64,000 nucleotides of DNA, taken from Candidatus Omnitrophota bacterium (GTDB taxonomy: Bacteria; Omnitrophota; Omnitrophia; Omnitrophales; Aquincolibacteriaceae). The position numbers were made by a program, and so were the translations under genes. The stretch is from positions 70,737 through 134,736 of the forward strand of contig DAOPYQ010000002.1 of NCBI GenBank assembly GCA_035352955.1, in the 5' to 3' direction. The notes under the pieces were generated by a model, which saw only the letters and a program-made list of their open reading frames with translations, was not told where the DNA came from and did no database searches. Position 1 is the first letter of the stretch; the number at the start of each line of letters is the position of its first letter. Shown here piece by piece: positions 1 to 8,655 of the stretch.

Positions 1-418
1 CGGCCTTCCGGACCGCCTCGAATTCTTTATCCGTAACATTCCCCCGATTCTTGGACAGTCCGGCCGCGAATTTCAAAAGAGCGTTCATTTTCGGGTCCGG
101 CGACACTCCCAGCCGCCCGGCCTGAAGTTCTTCCGTCGTAAGTCCGAGGCTTTTTCCGATCGCAGAATGCGCCGCAAGACAGTAATGGCATTGATTGTCT
201 TCGGCGACCGCGACAGCGAGCAATTCCCGAACCTTGGGCGGAAGCACGCATCCCGCAAGCGCCCCGCTCATGCCGAGGTAAGCCTGGACCGCCGCCGGGG
301 AATGGATCATGGTTTTCAAAATGTTGGGAACACGCCCGGACTTGGCTTTGATGGCGTCGAGGATCTCTTTGGATTTTCCCTGTATTTTTTCAGGATCGAC
401 CGGCTGGATTCTGGCCAT
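1..418 (-). CDS. Carboxymuconolactone decarboxylase (CMD/AhpD-like) family protein, 3' end truncated by the window edge
   Basis: Minus-strand reading frame open from the ATG at 416-418 to position 1 with no stop (not in the ORF table because it runs off the edge). Translation MARIQPVDPEKIQGKSKEILDAIKAKSGRVPNILKTMIHSPAAVQAYLGMSGALAGCVLPPKVRELLAVAVAEDNQCHYCLAAHS... carries the CxxC-type motif typical of the CMD/AhpD fold. Confidence 0.55.
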   Translation of the reverse strand, partial: MARIQPVDPEKIQGKSKEILDAIKAKSGRVPNILKTMIHSPAAVQAYLGMSGALAGCVLPPKVRELLAVAVAEDNQCHYCLAAHSAIGKSLGLTTEELQAGRLGVSPDPKMNALLKFAAGLSKNRGNVTDKEFEAVRKA

Positions 419-442
419 AAATTTTCTCCCTTTTACGTTGGA

Positions 443-1273
443 CTACCGGTACATTCTCAGATAACGTCGTGTCAGTGCGATCAAAAAAAGCGGCGTCAGC
501 AGGATCCCGGACAAGGCTTCCATCGATGCAACGATCCGGGTCCATCCGAGGGGAAGATAGTCCCCGTATCCGACGGTCGTATAAGTGATCACGCTCGTAT
601 AAAGCGACTCTCCGAAACCGATCCCGCGGACCATGCCCTCGGCGAGAACCGATCCGGAAAAATAATAACAAAACGCGCTGATCAAAAGGATCCCGCCCGC
701 GACCCCGAGGGTGCGGAACGGGCGTTCGCCGTAGCCCCATATTGCGCGGTTCAACGAACTGGAAAACCAGTGAAAAAAGGATGCCATACGTTCCTTCAGA
801 CCGACCTTCTCGAGACGGATCGCACCGGTCCCGGTAACTTGAAGCTGCGTAAAAGTCCTCCAAAGCCGAAGCAACCGCGCATCCTTGGCGCGGACATAGC
901 AGTAAGAATACTTGGTAGAGTCGCCTTCCTTCTCGTAAAGAAGCGCCGCTTCGCTGAAAAGGGTTTCGGCGTAGGCGTAATCCTTTGCCTGAAACGCCTG
1001 GACGGCCGCGAACTCATTGCGGGTAGCCGCGTTCCGGAGAGGCTGCCATCCGGTATGAATATTCCAGCACGTTGCGGCGGAAGCAAAACAAACCGCGGAC
1101 CGGAGATTTTCACCCGCCTCTTCATAGCAATGGGCGGCACGGTCAAAAGTCTGGAAGGCCTGATCGATCTTTCCTTCACCGCGAAGGCGGTGGGCTTCCC
1201 TCTCAAGGACGGTCGCCTGTTCGGTAGGAGTCGAGGGTTGGCCGGTCACGAGTTTCTGGGTCTCGGGTCTCAT
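443..1273 (-). CDS. Two-TM potassium channel (KcsA-like pore with TVGYGD selectivity filter) fused to an N-terminal TPR-like soluble domain
   Basis: 276-aa ORF. The C-terminal ~90 aa contain TM1 (TLGVAGGILLISAFCYYF), a pore helix plus the canonical filter (SVITYTTVGYGDY), and TM2 (IVASMEALSGILLTPLFLIAL). The N-terminal ~170 aa are helical and repeat-like (TPR-like). Confidence 0.7.
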   Translation of the reverse strand: MRPETQKLVTGQPSTPTEQATVLEREAHRLRGEGKIDQAFQTFDRAAHCYEEAGENLRSAVCFASAATCWNIHTGWQPLRNAATRNEFAAVQAFQAKDYAYAETLFSEAALLYEKEGDSTKYSYCYVRAKDARLLRLWRTFTQLQVTGTGAIRLEKVGLKERMASFFHWFSSSLNRAIWGYGERPFRTLGVAGGILLISAFCYYFSGSVLAEGMVRGIGFGESLYTSVITYTTVGYGDYLPLGWTRIVASMEALSGILLTPLFLIALTRRYLRMYR

Positions 1274-1344
1274 GAATGTTATTCTACCTTCTTACGCGCA
1301 AAATTGTCCCGCCTTTTTTCTCTCCGCCCGCTCCGCAAACCCGA

Positions 1345-2721
1345 TCAAAGCGCCGGGAGAAAGCTCCGGGACTGCGCGAAAATGGCTTCCGCGGTTTTCC
1401 GCGCCTCGCGAATGCAATCCGTGATCCCGAATCCGTGGAACGCATTCCCGGTGAGATACAGGCCCGGATGATCCACAAGGCGCTCGGTGATCGCACGAAT
1501 GCGGTTCCCATGACCCGGCGCGTACTGCGGGAGCGCTTCCGGATAGCGCTCGACCGTCATCGTCTGCGGTAATGCACGGATCCCGAAAAGCTCCGCAAGC
1601 GTCGTCAGGATCCTCTGCAAAAGCATCTCATTATTTTCACAAAAAAACTCGGGAAGCATCGCCTCAGAGAGAAAGATCTTCAAAATGATGTGCGTCCCGG
1701 TCGGGGTCTTCCCCAGCCACTTGAGACTTGAAAAAGGACGGTCCCCCATCACGGCAGGAACGATAAAGCCAAAATCCATGGGCGACGCCGGAACATCTTC
1801 CGCGCGAAAAACAAGACTGACCGCCGCAATCGAGTCGTACCGGACGCTTAAAAGTTCCTGCGAAAGCCCCGGCGCGCAGATCGGGAGCAATTTTGCCGCA
1901 TCAAACGTTGTCATCGCAAGACAAACCGAGTCCGCCCGCAAAGACTCTCCGTTTTCGAGAAAGATCTTCCATTCCCCATCGTAATCACAATGATCCACCG
2001 GAGCGCCCGGCCGAAGCTCACAAACCTCCAGGGCGTGAACAAGCGCCCGTGTTAAAACCTCGAGACCCCCCTTAAGCGTAAAGAATCCGTCCGCATCCGG
2101 GCTTTTCCGCAAACCCTGCCCGGCCCGAAAAGCATTCCGGAGGCTCCCGCAGATCCGCTCACTTTCACGAAGCCCTGGAAAATTCGCCTCAAGACTTAGC
2201 TCTCCTGCCGCAGTCATGTAGATCCCCCGCGCAAGCGGGTCGATAAATTCCTTCAAAAAACCAGCTCCCAACCGCCGGGTGATAAAACTTCCGAGACTTT
2301 CGTTGGGATCCCCCGCCCCGGCCGGGACAAACGGTTCCAGAAGCATCCGGAATTTCGACGGCAGGCTCAAAAATGGCGCGCGAAGAAATGCCCCGGGAGA
2401 AACGGCGACCGGCAGGAGTTTTTCTTTCTTGAGAAGAAAAAATTTCCTGAAACACGGGTTCGCCGCAACAAGTTCCTTCGCGAGCCCAAGATCACGGCAA
2501 AGCTCCTTGACGTCCCGATCGGATTCGAACGCATCGGGACCGGCTTCGGTCAGGAAAGTATCGTGCGAAGAAGTGCGGATCACGCCTCCGAAACGATTGC
2601 TTCTTTCGAGGAGAGTGATATCGATCGGCAACGAATTCTTCTCCGCAAGATCCCGAAGATAATACGCCGTGCAGAGTCCGGAAATGCCGCCGCCAATGAT
2701 CACAACACGATTTTTATCCAT
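1345..2721 (-). CDS. hemY: Protoporphyrinogen/coproporphyrinogen III oxidase (HemY/CgoX family, FAD-dependent)
   Basis: The ORF table gives 1345..2841; the true ATG is probably at 2719-2721 (MDKNRVVIIGGGISGLCTAYYL...). Rossmann GxGxxG dinucleotide-binding motif at the N-terminus; overall length and composition fit the PPOX family. Confidence 0.7.
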   Translation of the reverse strand: MDKNRVVIIGGGISGLCTAYYLRDLAEKNSLPIDITLLERSNRFGGVIRTSSHDTFLTEAGPDAFESDRDVKELCRDLGLAKELVAANPCFRKFFLLKKEKLLPVAVSPGAFLRAPFLSLPSKFRMLLEPFVPAGAGDPNESLGSFITRRLGAGFLKEFIDPLARGIYMTAAGELSLEANFPGLRESERICGSLRNAFRAGQGLRKSPDADGFFTLKGGLEVLTRALVHALEVCELRPGAPVDHCDYDGEWKIFLENGESLRADSVCLAMTTFDAAKLLPICAPGLSQELLSVRYDSIAAVSLVFRAEDVPASPMDFGFIVPAVMGDRPFSSLKWLGKTPTGTHIILKIFLSEAMLPEFFCENNEMLLQRILTTLAELFGIRALPQTMTVERYPEALPQYAPGHGNRIRAITERLVDHPGLYLTGNAFHGFGITDCIREARKTAEAIFAQSRSFLPAL

Positions 2722-2746
2722 GAATTTCCTTTGCGAGGGGAAAGCT

Positions 2747-3640
2747 TTATTTTTCCAGAACCACAACGGTAAAAACTTTGCGAACGAGGGGGTCGTTCGG
2801 CTCCCACGGACGTCGATAAGCCAGATCGATCTTGACTTCACCGGTCTTCAGGGCCCGGAACCGGTACTCCTGGTCGCCCGGGGCACCCACCCTGCGGGTG
2901 TCGGAAGGAATATACTTTGATTCCACAAGGGCGATCGTTTTTTCCTCATCAGGAAAACGAAGCTGCCAACCATATCCGGTAGTGGCATTCCCCTGGAGCA
3001 CGATCATAAATTCTTCACCGATCCTCGCCTGAATAGGAACGGCGGGGTCCTGATAAATGCGCGGCGATCCCGGGACAGCAGGGATTTCAGGCGCGGGAAC
3101 GCTTGCGGGCGCCGGCTCTTTCGCTGACGGCTCAGAGACGGAAACCTCTTCGGAGGCCGCCGGCGCGACAGGCGCAGCCGCTTCTTCCGGAACCCTAACT
3201 CCCATCGTGATCGGATCGCTCCAAAGGGGTTCTGCTACATCCCCGTTCTCGGACATCCGCTTGAAACCGAGACGGAACGTCACATCCCCGCTTTTGTCCT
3301 TCGTCGGAATATAGAGAATAATGTTTTTTTCATAAACGCCGTCCGTCTCGAGCGTAATCTGTTCCAAATCGTTCTCGTCGCAGGTCCAGGATTGGATGAA
3401 TACTTGCGGATTATCCGTCACCCAGTGCTTTTCGTACGAACAAGTATTCGACCAAAACCCAGTCGCTTCATCGGAGGAATTGATCACCTGAACCCTGACC
3501 AGAAACATCATTCCAGGTTTCACGGAATTCTGATCCGGGAATACCTGGATCTTCAAAAGTTCGTCGGACGAAAACCCGGAGGGAACGCCCGCGGCACAAA
3601 CAAAGAGGAACAACGCGACGACGGCTGCTGCTTTTTTCAT
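2747..3640 (-). CDS. Secreted protein with a C-terminal chagasin-like (I42) cysteine-protease inhibitor domain
   Basis: N-terminal signal peptide (MKKAAAVVALFLFVCAAG), a central Ala/Pro/Glu-rich linker, and a C-terminal domain with chagasin-family motifs (GNATTGYGW ~ NPTTGY.W, and RPW). Confidence 0.5.
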   Translation of the reverse strand: MKKAAAVVALFLFVCAAGVPSGFSSDELLKIQVFPDQNSVKPGMMFLVRVQVINSSDEATGFWSNTCSYEKHWVTDNPQVFIQSWTCDENDLEQITLETDGVYEKNIILYIPTKDKSGDVTFRLGFKRMSENGDVAEPLWSDPITMGVRVPEEAAAPVAPAASEEVSVSEPSAKEPAPASVPAPEIPAVPGSPRIYQDPAVPIQARIGEEFMIVLQGNATTGYGWQLRFPDEEKTIALVESKYIPSDTRRVGAPGDQEYRFRALKTGEVKIDLAYRRPWEPNDPLVRKVFTVVVLEK

Positions 3641-3649
3641 GGAAGGCCC

Positions 3650-3874
3650 TCAGCTGACCTTAACGTAGGCGAACTTATTCTTAACGTTCTTCTGGAAGTA
3701 AGTCCCGTGCGACGGGGCGCTCATCAGAGAATGATAAACGCTCTCGGGGACTTCGTGATAGCGGTAAACGCCGCCCATGCGGAAAACGATCTCAAGCGTC
3801 GCCGTAGACGGATCGTAGCCGACCAAAGCGATATCCCTCGATTTGACCGACTTGATGTCCATTTCCACAGCCAT
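3650..3874 (-). CDS. KTSC domain-containing small protein
   Basis: 74-aa ORF whose length and sequence pattern (GYDPSTATLEIVFRMGGVYRYHEVPESVYHSLMSA) fit the KTSC domain. Confidence 0.5.
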   Translation of the reverse strand: MAVEMDIKSVKSRDIALVGYDPSTATLEIVFRMGGVYRYHEVPESVYHSLMSAPSHGTYFQKNVKNKFAYVKVS

Positions 3875-3891
3875 GTTCCGCCTTTCGGGAG

Positions 3892-4335
3892 TTAAGACTT
3901 CGTAGGGATCGCCTTTTCAAGCTCATCAAGCTTCTCGAGAAATACGTCGCGGGCGGCACTATAGCTACCGTCCGGAAACTTCAGATAAATGATGTTCTTC
4001 TGTACAAGCGTGCGGTAACAATTCCTTTTAATCCAGGTTGCGGGATCTTCGTCGTGATAATGCGTCAGAAGATACGCCAGCCCGATCGGGTAAGCGATCA
4101 GGGCCGGATATTCGATGCCGTCGTACTGGACAACAACCGGCGTGTTCCTGAAATAATTCAGGATACAAATGCCCTTAGCCAGATTACTGGGAGGCTGCTT
4201 GAGAAATTCCTTGTAGGCATCGGACTGGGTGATGGGAGGAAGACCCGGCCACGGGGCTTTGACCGCCCCCACGGAAAATAACGCCAAGGAAAGAACCGCA
4301 CATGCAACCGCGGCTGTTTTCAATTTATGTTCCAT
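3892..4335 (-). CDS. Secreted hypothetical protein
   Basis: 147-aa ORF with an N-terminal signal peptide (MEHKLKTAAVACAVLSLALFSVGAVKA). No recognisable catalytic motif. Confidence 0.4.
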   Translation of the reverse strand: MEHKLKTAAVACAVLSLALFSVGAVKAPWPGLPPITQSDAYKEFLKQPPSNLAKGICILNYFRNTPVVVQYDGIEYPALIAYPIGLAYLLTHYHDEDPATWIKRNCYRTLVQKNIIYLKFPDGSYSAARDVFLEKLDELEKAIPTKS

Positions 4336-4387
4336 AGACTAAAACATTCTGTTTGAACCGAAATAAACCAATAAATACGCCCCGGGG

Positions 4388-4738
4388 TCAGGGTGTTTCG
4401 TCAAAACCCCAGTTTGCGTGCAAATAATAACCCTGGATCTCGTGCTTCAGATCCTTCAAATGAAAAAAGAAATTCGCGATGCCACCTTGCGGCAAATGAT
4501 CCGGATCCGTCGAAGTACTGATCCCCATCACCGGCACACGATCTTTATCGAAGATCACGAGCTGCGCGCGAATGTTCCGGATGGGATGACCGATATTATT
4601 GATGATGATCCCTTTCAACTTGGCCCCGTCGGCTTCGCTGAAATCGGTGCTCGCGCCCTTAATAATAACCTCACGCGGCAGCTTTTGAAAACTCTCAATC
4701 TCTGGAAAGGATTCTATACCCATAGTATTGTTTTGCAA
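4388..4738 (-). CDS. Hypothetical cytoplasmic protein
   Basis: 116-aa ORF on the same strand as and close to its neighbours. No recognisable domain. Confidence 0.3.
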   Translation of the reverse strand: MQNNTMGIESFPEIESFQKLPREVIIKGASTDFSEADGAKLKGIIINNIGHPIRNIRAQLVIFDKDRVPVMGISTSTDPDHLPQGGIANFFFHLKDLKHEIQGYYLHANWGFDETP

Positions 4739-4790
4739 GGTGTTTCATCCCGCCTTACGGGTATATGAACGGCCGAAACGCCGTTTTCCT

Positions 4791-6248
4791 TCATAACATT
4801 TTGTCGATCGCCTGCTCCTCGGGCGGGGTCAAGGTCTCGAAAAAATGTTCGAACTCGTCTTCAAGCGCGAGACATGGAACGGGCTTGAGTCCCGTGATCC
4901 GCTCCACGGCGTCGATCGTCTTCAAGTCAAAAGGATCGCACATCGCCAACCGGATCTGCCCCTCGGCAAGCTCGACCGGGACCACCCGGTGGTGATGGAT
5001 GAATTCCGTATTAAAAATATGCAGGAGGGCGGGATCAGGACGCCAGCTTTTCAGGTTAACGTACGGGATTTTGAGTTTTTTCTCAAGCATCCGGCCTACG
5101 TCCTCGCTAGAGACAAGGTTCATATGGATCAGGGTCTGTCCCAAACGCCACCCCGTTTCAAAATGCTTCTTGAGCGCCTCAGTCAGTTGCTCTTCGGTGA
5201 TCAACCCCGCATTAACAAGGATCTGGCCGAGCGGCTCGGTGCGTTTTTTGATCTTGGCCGATTTGATCTCCGGTTCGAGAATATGAACCGCGTCGTCCAG
5301 TTTCTTGATCGGCGACGAACGGCGATCCTGAAGATAATGGCTTCCCGGCTGACTCTTGAGGAAAGTTTTCACCTCCGCGGCGTCCTGAGCGATCTCGCGA
5401 AGATTCGCGTAGTTCCGGTAAACGTTCGTGCAACCCGCGACCGAACAGGACATTAACGGAAAATTCTCCATCTGACCGCGACGGTTCTCTACACGGATGA
5501 ACCCGGTCTCGCGATCGGGCTTGCTGTAATAGGTCGGCATGATACTGTCAAAATCATCGATAAACTGCCTCGCGAAAACCTCCTCAAGCTCCGGCGCCAG
5601 CACCACGACAAAATCGTCGCCGCCAATGTGCCCGACAAAGCACGACCCTTCGGGCGCCACAGCGTAGGCCGTCGCAACCAAGAGACGCGCAGTCTGGATG
5701 ATCACATCGTCGCCCTTCTGGAATCCGTAATGGTCGTTGAACGCTTTAAAGTGATTGATATCGATATAAAGGACTGAAAATTTCTCGCCGGCTTTGACCT
5801 TCTTCGTGATGATCTTCTCGATCGCGTGATTGCCCGGAAGATGCGTCAGCGCGTTCGCCTCGACGCGTTCCATGGTCTTGGCAATATTAAGGTTCACCCG
5901 CAACTGCAACACAAGCGGACTGAACGGTTTCACCAGAAAATCATCAAATCCTTTTTCGTGACCGAGCATGAGATCCGTCAAATCGTCCTCGCTCGTAAGC
6001 ATGATGACCGGCACCGCCATCAGATGGGAACGCGACCGAAGAACCTGGATAAGCAGTTTGCCGTTCACGGGTTCCATTTCGCTGGAAAGAAGGATAAGGT
6101 CCACGACTTCGCGCTCGAGGATCCTGAGAACCTGCTTGCTCTGCGTGGCCTCGAAAACCTTGTGGTGACGCGCACCGAGCCGCATGACAACAAGCTCGCG
6201 TATCGCATCGTCCTTCTCGGCCACCAGGATCCTCTTCCCCTTCGTCAT
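4791..6248 (-). CDS. Response-regulator receiver (REC) + GGDEF-like (GGDDF variant) + C-terminal MshEN/GspE_N c-di-GMP-binding domain protein
   Basis: N-terminal REC (KRILVAEKDDAIRELV...DLILLS...MLTSEDD). Central domain with GGDEF-fold motifs (LTHLPGNH..., YIDINHFKAFNDHYGFQKGDDV, HIGGDDFVVVL). C-terminal tandem MshEN motifs (LGQILVNAGLITEEQLTEAL and RLGQTLIHMNLVSSEDVGRMLEKKL). The start ATG (6246-6248) overlaps the panB stop as ATGA. Confidence 0.75.
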   Translation of the reverse strand: MTKGKRILVAEKDDAIRELVVMRLGARHHKVFEATQSKQVLRILEREVVDLILLSSEMEPVNGKLLIQVLRSRSHLMAVPVIMLTSEDDLTDLMLGHEKGFDDFLVKPFSPLVLQLRVNLNIAKTMERVEANALTHLPGNHAIEKIITKKVKAGEKFSVLYIDINHFKAFNDHYGFQKGDDVIIQTARLLVATAYAVAPEGSCFVGHIGGDDFVVVLAPELEEVFARQFIDDFDSIMPTYYSKPDRETGFIRVENRRGQMENFPLMSCSVAGCTNVYRNYANLREIAQDAAEVKTFLKSQPGSHYLQDRRSSPIKKLDDAVHILEPEIKSAKIKKRTEPLGQILVNAGLITEEQLTEALKKHFETGWRLGQTLIHMNLVSSEDVGRMLEKKLKIPYVNLKSWRPDPALLHIFNTEFIHHHRVVPVELAEGQIRLAMCDPFDLKTIDAVERITGLKPVPCLALEDEFEHFFETLTPPEEQAIDKML

Positions 6249-7036
6249 GAAAAGCTCTCCTTGGATGAAGGAAATTTTTTCTTCACGACGTCACGGCAAT
6301 AATGCCGCACCGCTTTGCCGATCGTCTCTTCGAGCTTCGCGTACCGCCTCACAAAACGCGGACTCACCCCGGACTGGATCCCGAGCATGTCGTGAAGCAC
6401 AAGGACCTGCCCGTCCGTCCCCGCTCCGGCGCCGATCCCGATCGTAGGACATTTCACGGCTTCTGTAATCTCGGTCGCCAGCTTTACGGGAACACATTCC
6501 AGAACGATGGCAAAAACACCCAGACGATCAAGCATCTTCGCGTCCCTCATGACCGCCGCGGCTTCCTCCGGCGTCCTTCCGAAAACACGGTAATGGCCGT
6601 CCCCCACCCCCTGCGGCAGCATCCCGACATGCCCCATCACCGGAATTCCGGCGGCGATAAGTTTCTGGACCTGCGGCTGGATATTTTCCCCGCCCTCAAG
6701 CTTGACCGCGTCGGCTCCGGCTTCCTTGATGAACCTTAAGGCATTGCGAAGCGCCGCGTCCGGATCGTCATAAGACCCGAAGGGCATGTCCGCGACCACT
6801 AATGCCCGGGTGACAGCCTTCGAAACCGCGGACGTATGCCGGAGCATCGTCTCCAGATCGATGCTAAGCGTGTTGGGATGTCCGAAAAGAACCATCGCGA
6901 GAGAATCTCCGGTCATTAAGAGATCCGCGCCCGCCGCATCCGCGATCCGCGCGGTGGGATGATCGTACAAGCTGAGCGAGGCAATCCTCTCGCCCTTGGC
7001 TTTCTTAGCGTAAATGTCTTTGGGAGTTAGTTTCAT
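6245..7036 (-). CDS. panB: 3-methyl-2-oxobutanoate hydroxymethyltransferase
   Basis: The ORF table gives 6245..7123; the true ATG is at 7034-7036 (MKLTPKDIYAKKAKGERIASLSLYDHPTARIADAAGADLLMTGDSLAMVLFGH...). This matches PanB along its whole length. Confidence 0.85.
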   Translation of the reverse strand: MKLTPKDIYAKKAKGERIASLSLYDHPTARIADAAGADLLMTGDSLAMVLFGHPNTLSIDLETMLRHTSAVSKAVTRALVVADMPFGSYDDPDAALRNALRFIKEAGADAVKLEGGENIQPQVQKLIAAGIPVMGHVGMLPQGVGDGHYRVFGRTPEEAAAVMRDAKMLDRLGVFAIVLECVPVKLATEITEAVKCPTIGIGAGAGTDGQVLVLHDMLGIQSGVSPRFVRRYAKLEETIGKAVRHYCRDVVKKKFPSSKESFS

Positions 7037-7107
7037 TTCAAAACCCGGCCCACGATCGGCGTGCCACGATCCACATGTCCCGTGGCCCGAAGCCCGTGGC
7101 CCCTTTT

Positions 7108-7983
7108 TTAATTCTGCTGCCATTCATACGCAAGGATCAGGTTTTCCATAAGCATCGTCACCGTAAGCGGCCCAACGCCTCCCGGAACCGGCGTGATAAA
7201 ACCGGCCCTCTTGGCGGCTTCTTCATACTGCACGTCGCCCTGAAGCTTACCGTTCACTTCAGTCGTACCGACATCGATCACCACAGCGCCCGGCTTGATC
7301 CAAGCCCCCTGCACCACACCGGGCTTGCCTGCACAAGCCACAACCACTTCGCTGGCTCCGATGATCTTTTTCAGATCCTCATCCGACGTTCCGGTATTGC
7401 ATACGAGAGTCGTCACACGCGCCTCGCCGAGGAGAAGCTGAAGCGGCCGCCCGACGATCGCGCTCTGGCCGATGATCGCGGCTTTTTTCCCCCGAAGCAT
7501 CACGCCGGTGGATTTGATGAGCGTATATGCCGCGAACGCCGTCGGCGGGATCAACCTGCCGCGACGCAGCACGATCAGCCCGAGGCTCGTCGGATGAACG
7601 CCCTCGACATCCTTTTGGGGATCCATCGCAAGCAACACCTTATCCGCATCCATTCCTTCGGGAAGCGGCATGGAAATAAAAAGGCCGTGGATGTTCCGGT
7701 CGGCGCTGATCTCACGGACTTTCTGGATAAGCGCGGTTTCGTCCTTCACCTGGTCCGGCAGAATTCTCTGGAAATCGATCCCGAGTTTTCTGGCAAGTTT
7801 TTCCTGCTGATTGATGTACCACACGGACGACGGGTTGTCGCTCGTCTGGATGGCGACCAACCGAGGCCGAGGAGACCCCCCCGCGGTAAGTGCCCGGATT
7901 TTTGCGAGGATCTTTTGTTGGAGATCCGCCGCGAGGCCCTTCCCTTCTAACCTTTTCGCTTCCACTTTAATTCCCTTTCTCAA
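7108..7983 (-). CDS. folD: Bifunctional methylene-THF dehydrogenase / methenyl-THF cyclohydrolase
   Basis: 291-aa ORF with the FolD-characteristic architecture and Rossmann motif (GKKAAIIGQSAIVGRPL...VCNTGT...VVVACAGKPG...PVPGGVGPLTV). Confidence 0.85.
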   Translation of the reverse strand: MRKGIKVEAKRLEGKGLAADLQQKILAKIRALTAGGSPRPRLVAIQTSDNPSSVWYINQQEKLARKLGIDFQRILPDQVKDETALIQKVREISADRNIHGLFISMPLPEGMDADKVLLAMDPQKDVEGVHPTSLGLIVLRRGRLIPPTAFAAYTLIKSTGVMLRGKKAAIIGQSAIVGRPLQLLLGEARVTTLVCNTGTSDEDLKKIIGASEVVVACAGKPGVVQGAWIKPGAVVIDVGTTEVNGKLQGDVQYEEAAKRAGFITPVPGGVGPLTVTMLMENLILAYEWQQN

Positions 7984-8572
7984 AACGGTTTCGGAGTTCG
8001 GCCAGTGCCTTTTCGGCGTGTTCTTTCCGCTCCCGGTTCTTCATATAGACAACATTGATGTGTGCTGTATGGAAGGCCCCTTCAAAAGCAGCCGAAAGAA
8101 GATTGTCGGCAACGATCAGATCGTTCGCGACGGAACCTTTCACGAGCGTCTTCATGTGCGAGTTCCATTCCCTCGCCATCACAATAATGAGAGCAAGATC
8201 GGCCTGGAGACGAAAAGCATTCAGAAGCGCGTCTTCGAGTTTTCCCGGCTGGGCACCAGGCCCGTAACAGGCCATGACTTCATCATAGACCTTCGGATCG
8301 AGATCGACGACTTGCAACGCGTCAGCCTTGGTTTTCTCGACCGAGGAGAGGATCTCCTGCATCCGCTTGCGGTTCGCCTCGTCCTGGAGTTTTTGTTCGG
8401 GGGTCAGGTCAGCCTTCGGTTTTCTCTTGAGAGCAATGCGGGCGACCATCTGGGTCAGCCCCATGCCGAGAGCGCCGGTATAAGCCGACACGCTTCCGCC
8501 GCCCGGGACAGGAGCGTCACTTGATAACTTCTCTAAATAAGTTTCCAAACTGAGCTCAGTGTATTTTTTCAT
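7967..8572 (-). CDS. fchA: Methenyltetrahydrofolate cyclohydrolase / cyclodeaminase-family protein (FchA/FtcD C-terminal-like)
   Basis: The ORF table gives 7967..8611; the true ATG is at 8570-8572 (MKKYTELSLETYLEKLSSDAPVPGGGSVSAYTGALGMGL...). This matches the cyclodeaminase/cyclohydrolase fold. Confidence 0.7.
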   Translation of the reverse strand: MKKYTELSLETYLEKLSSDAPVPGGGSVSAYTGALGMGLTQMVARIALKRKPKADLTPEQKLQDEANRKRMQEILSSVEKTKADALQVVDLDPKVYDEVMACYGPGAQPGKLEDALLNAFRLQADLALIIVMAREWNSHMKTLVKGSVANDLIVADNLLSAAFEGAFHTAHINVVYMKNRERKEHAEKALAELRNRFEKGN

Positions 8573-8655
8573 ATTGATCCCTGATCGAGAATAACGCAAA
8601 GCACAACGCACAACGTAAAGATCATTCCGCCGAACGCTGTGCGTTGACCCTTGCG

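Noticed and set aside
167-1471. 434-aa plus-strand ORF spanning the CMD gene, the K+ channel gene and the hemY 3' end
   Set aside because: Antisense to two well-supported minus-strand genes; Arg/Gly/Pro-rich translation typical of GC-rich antisense frames; no motifs.
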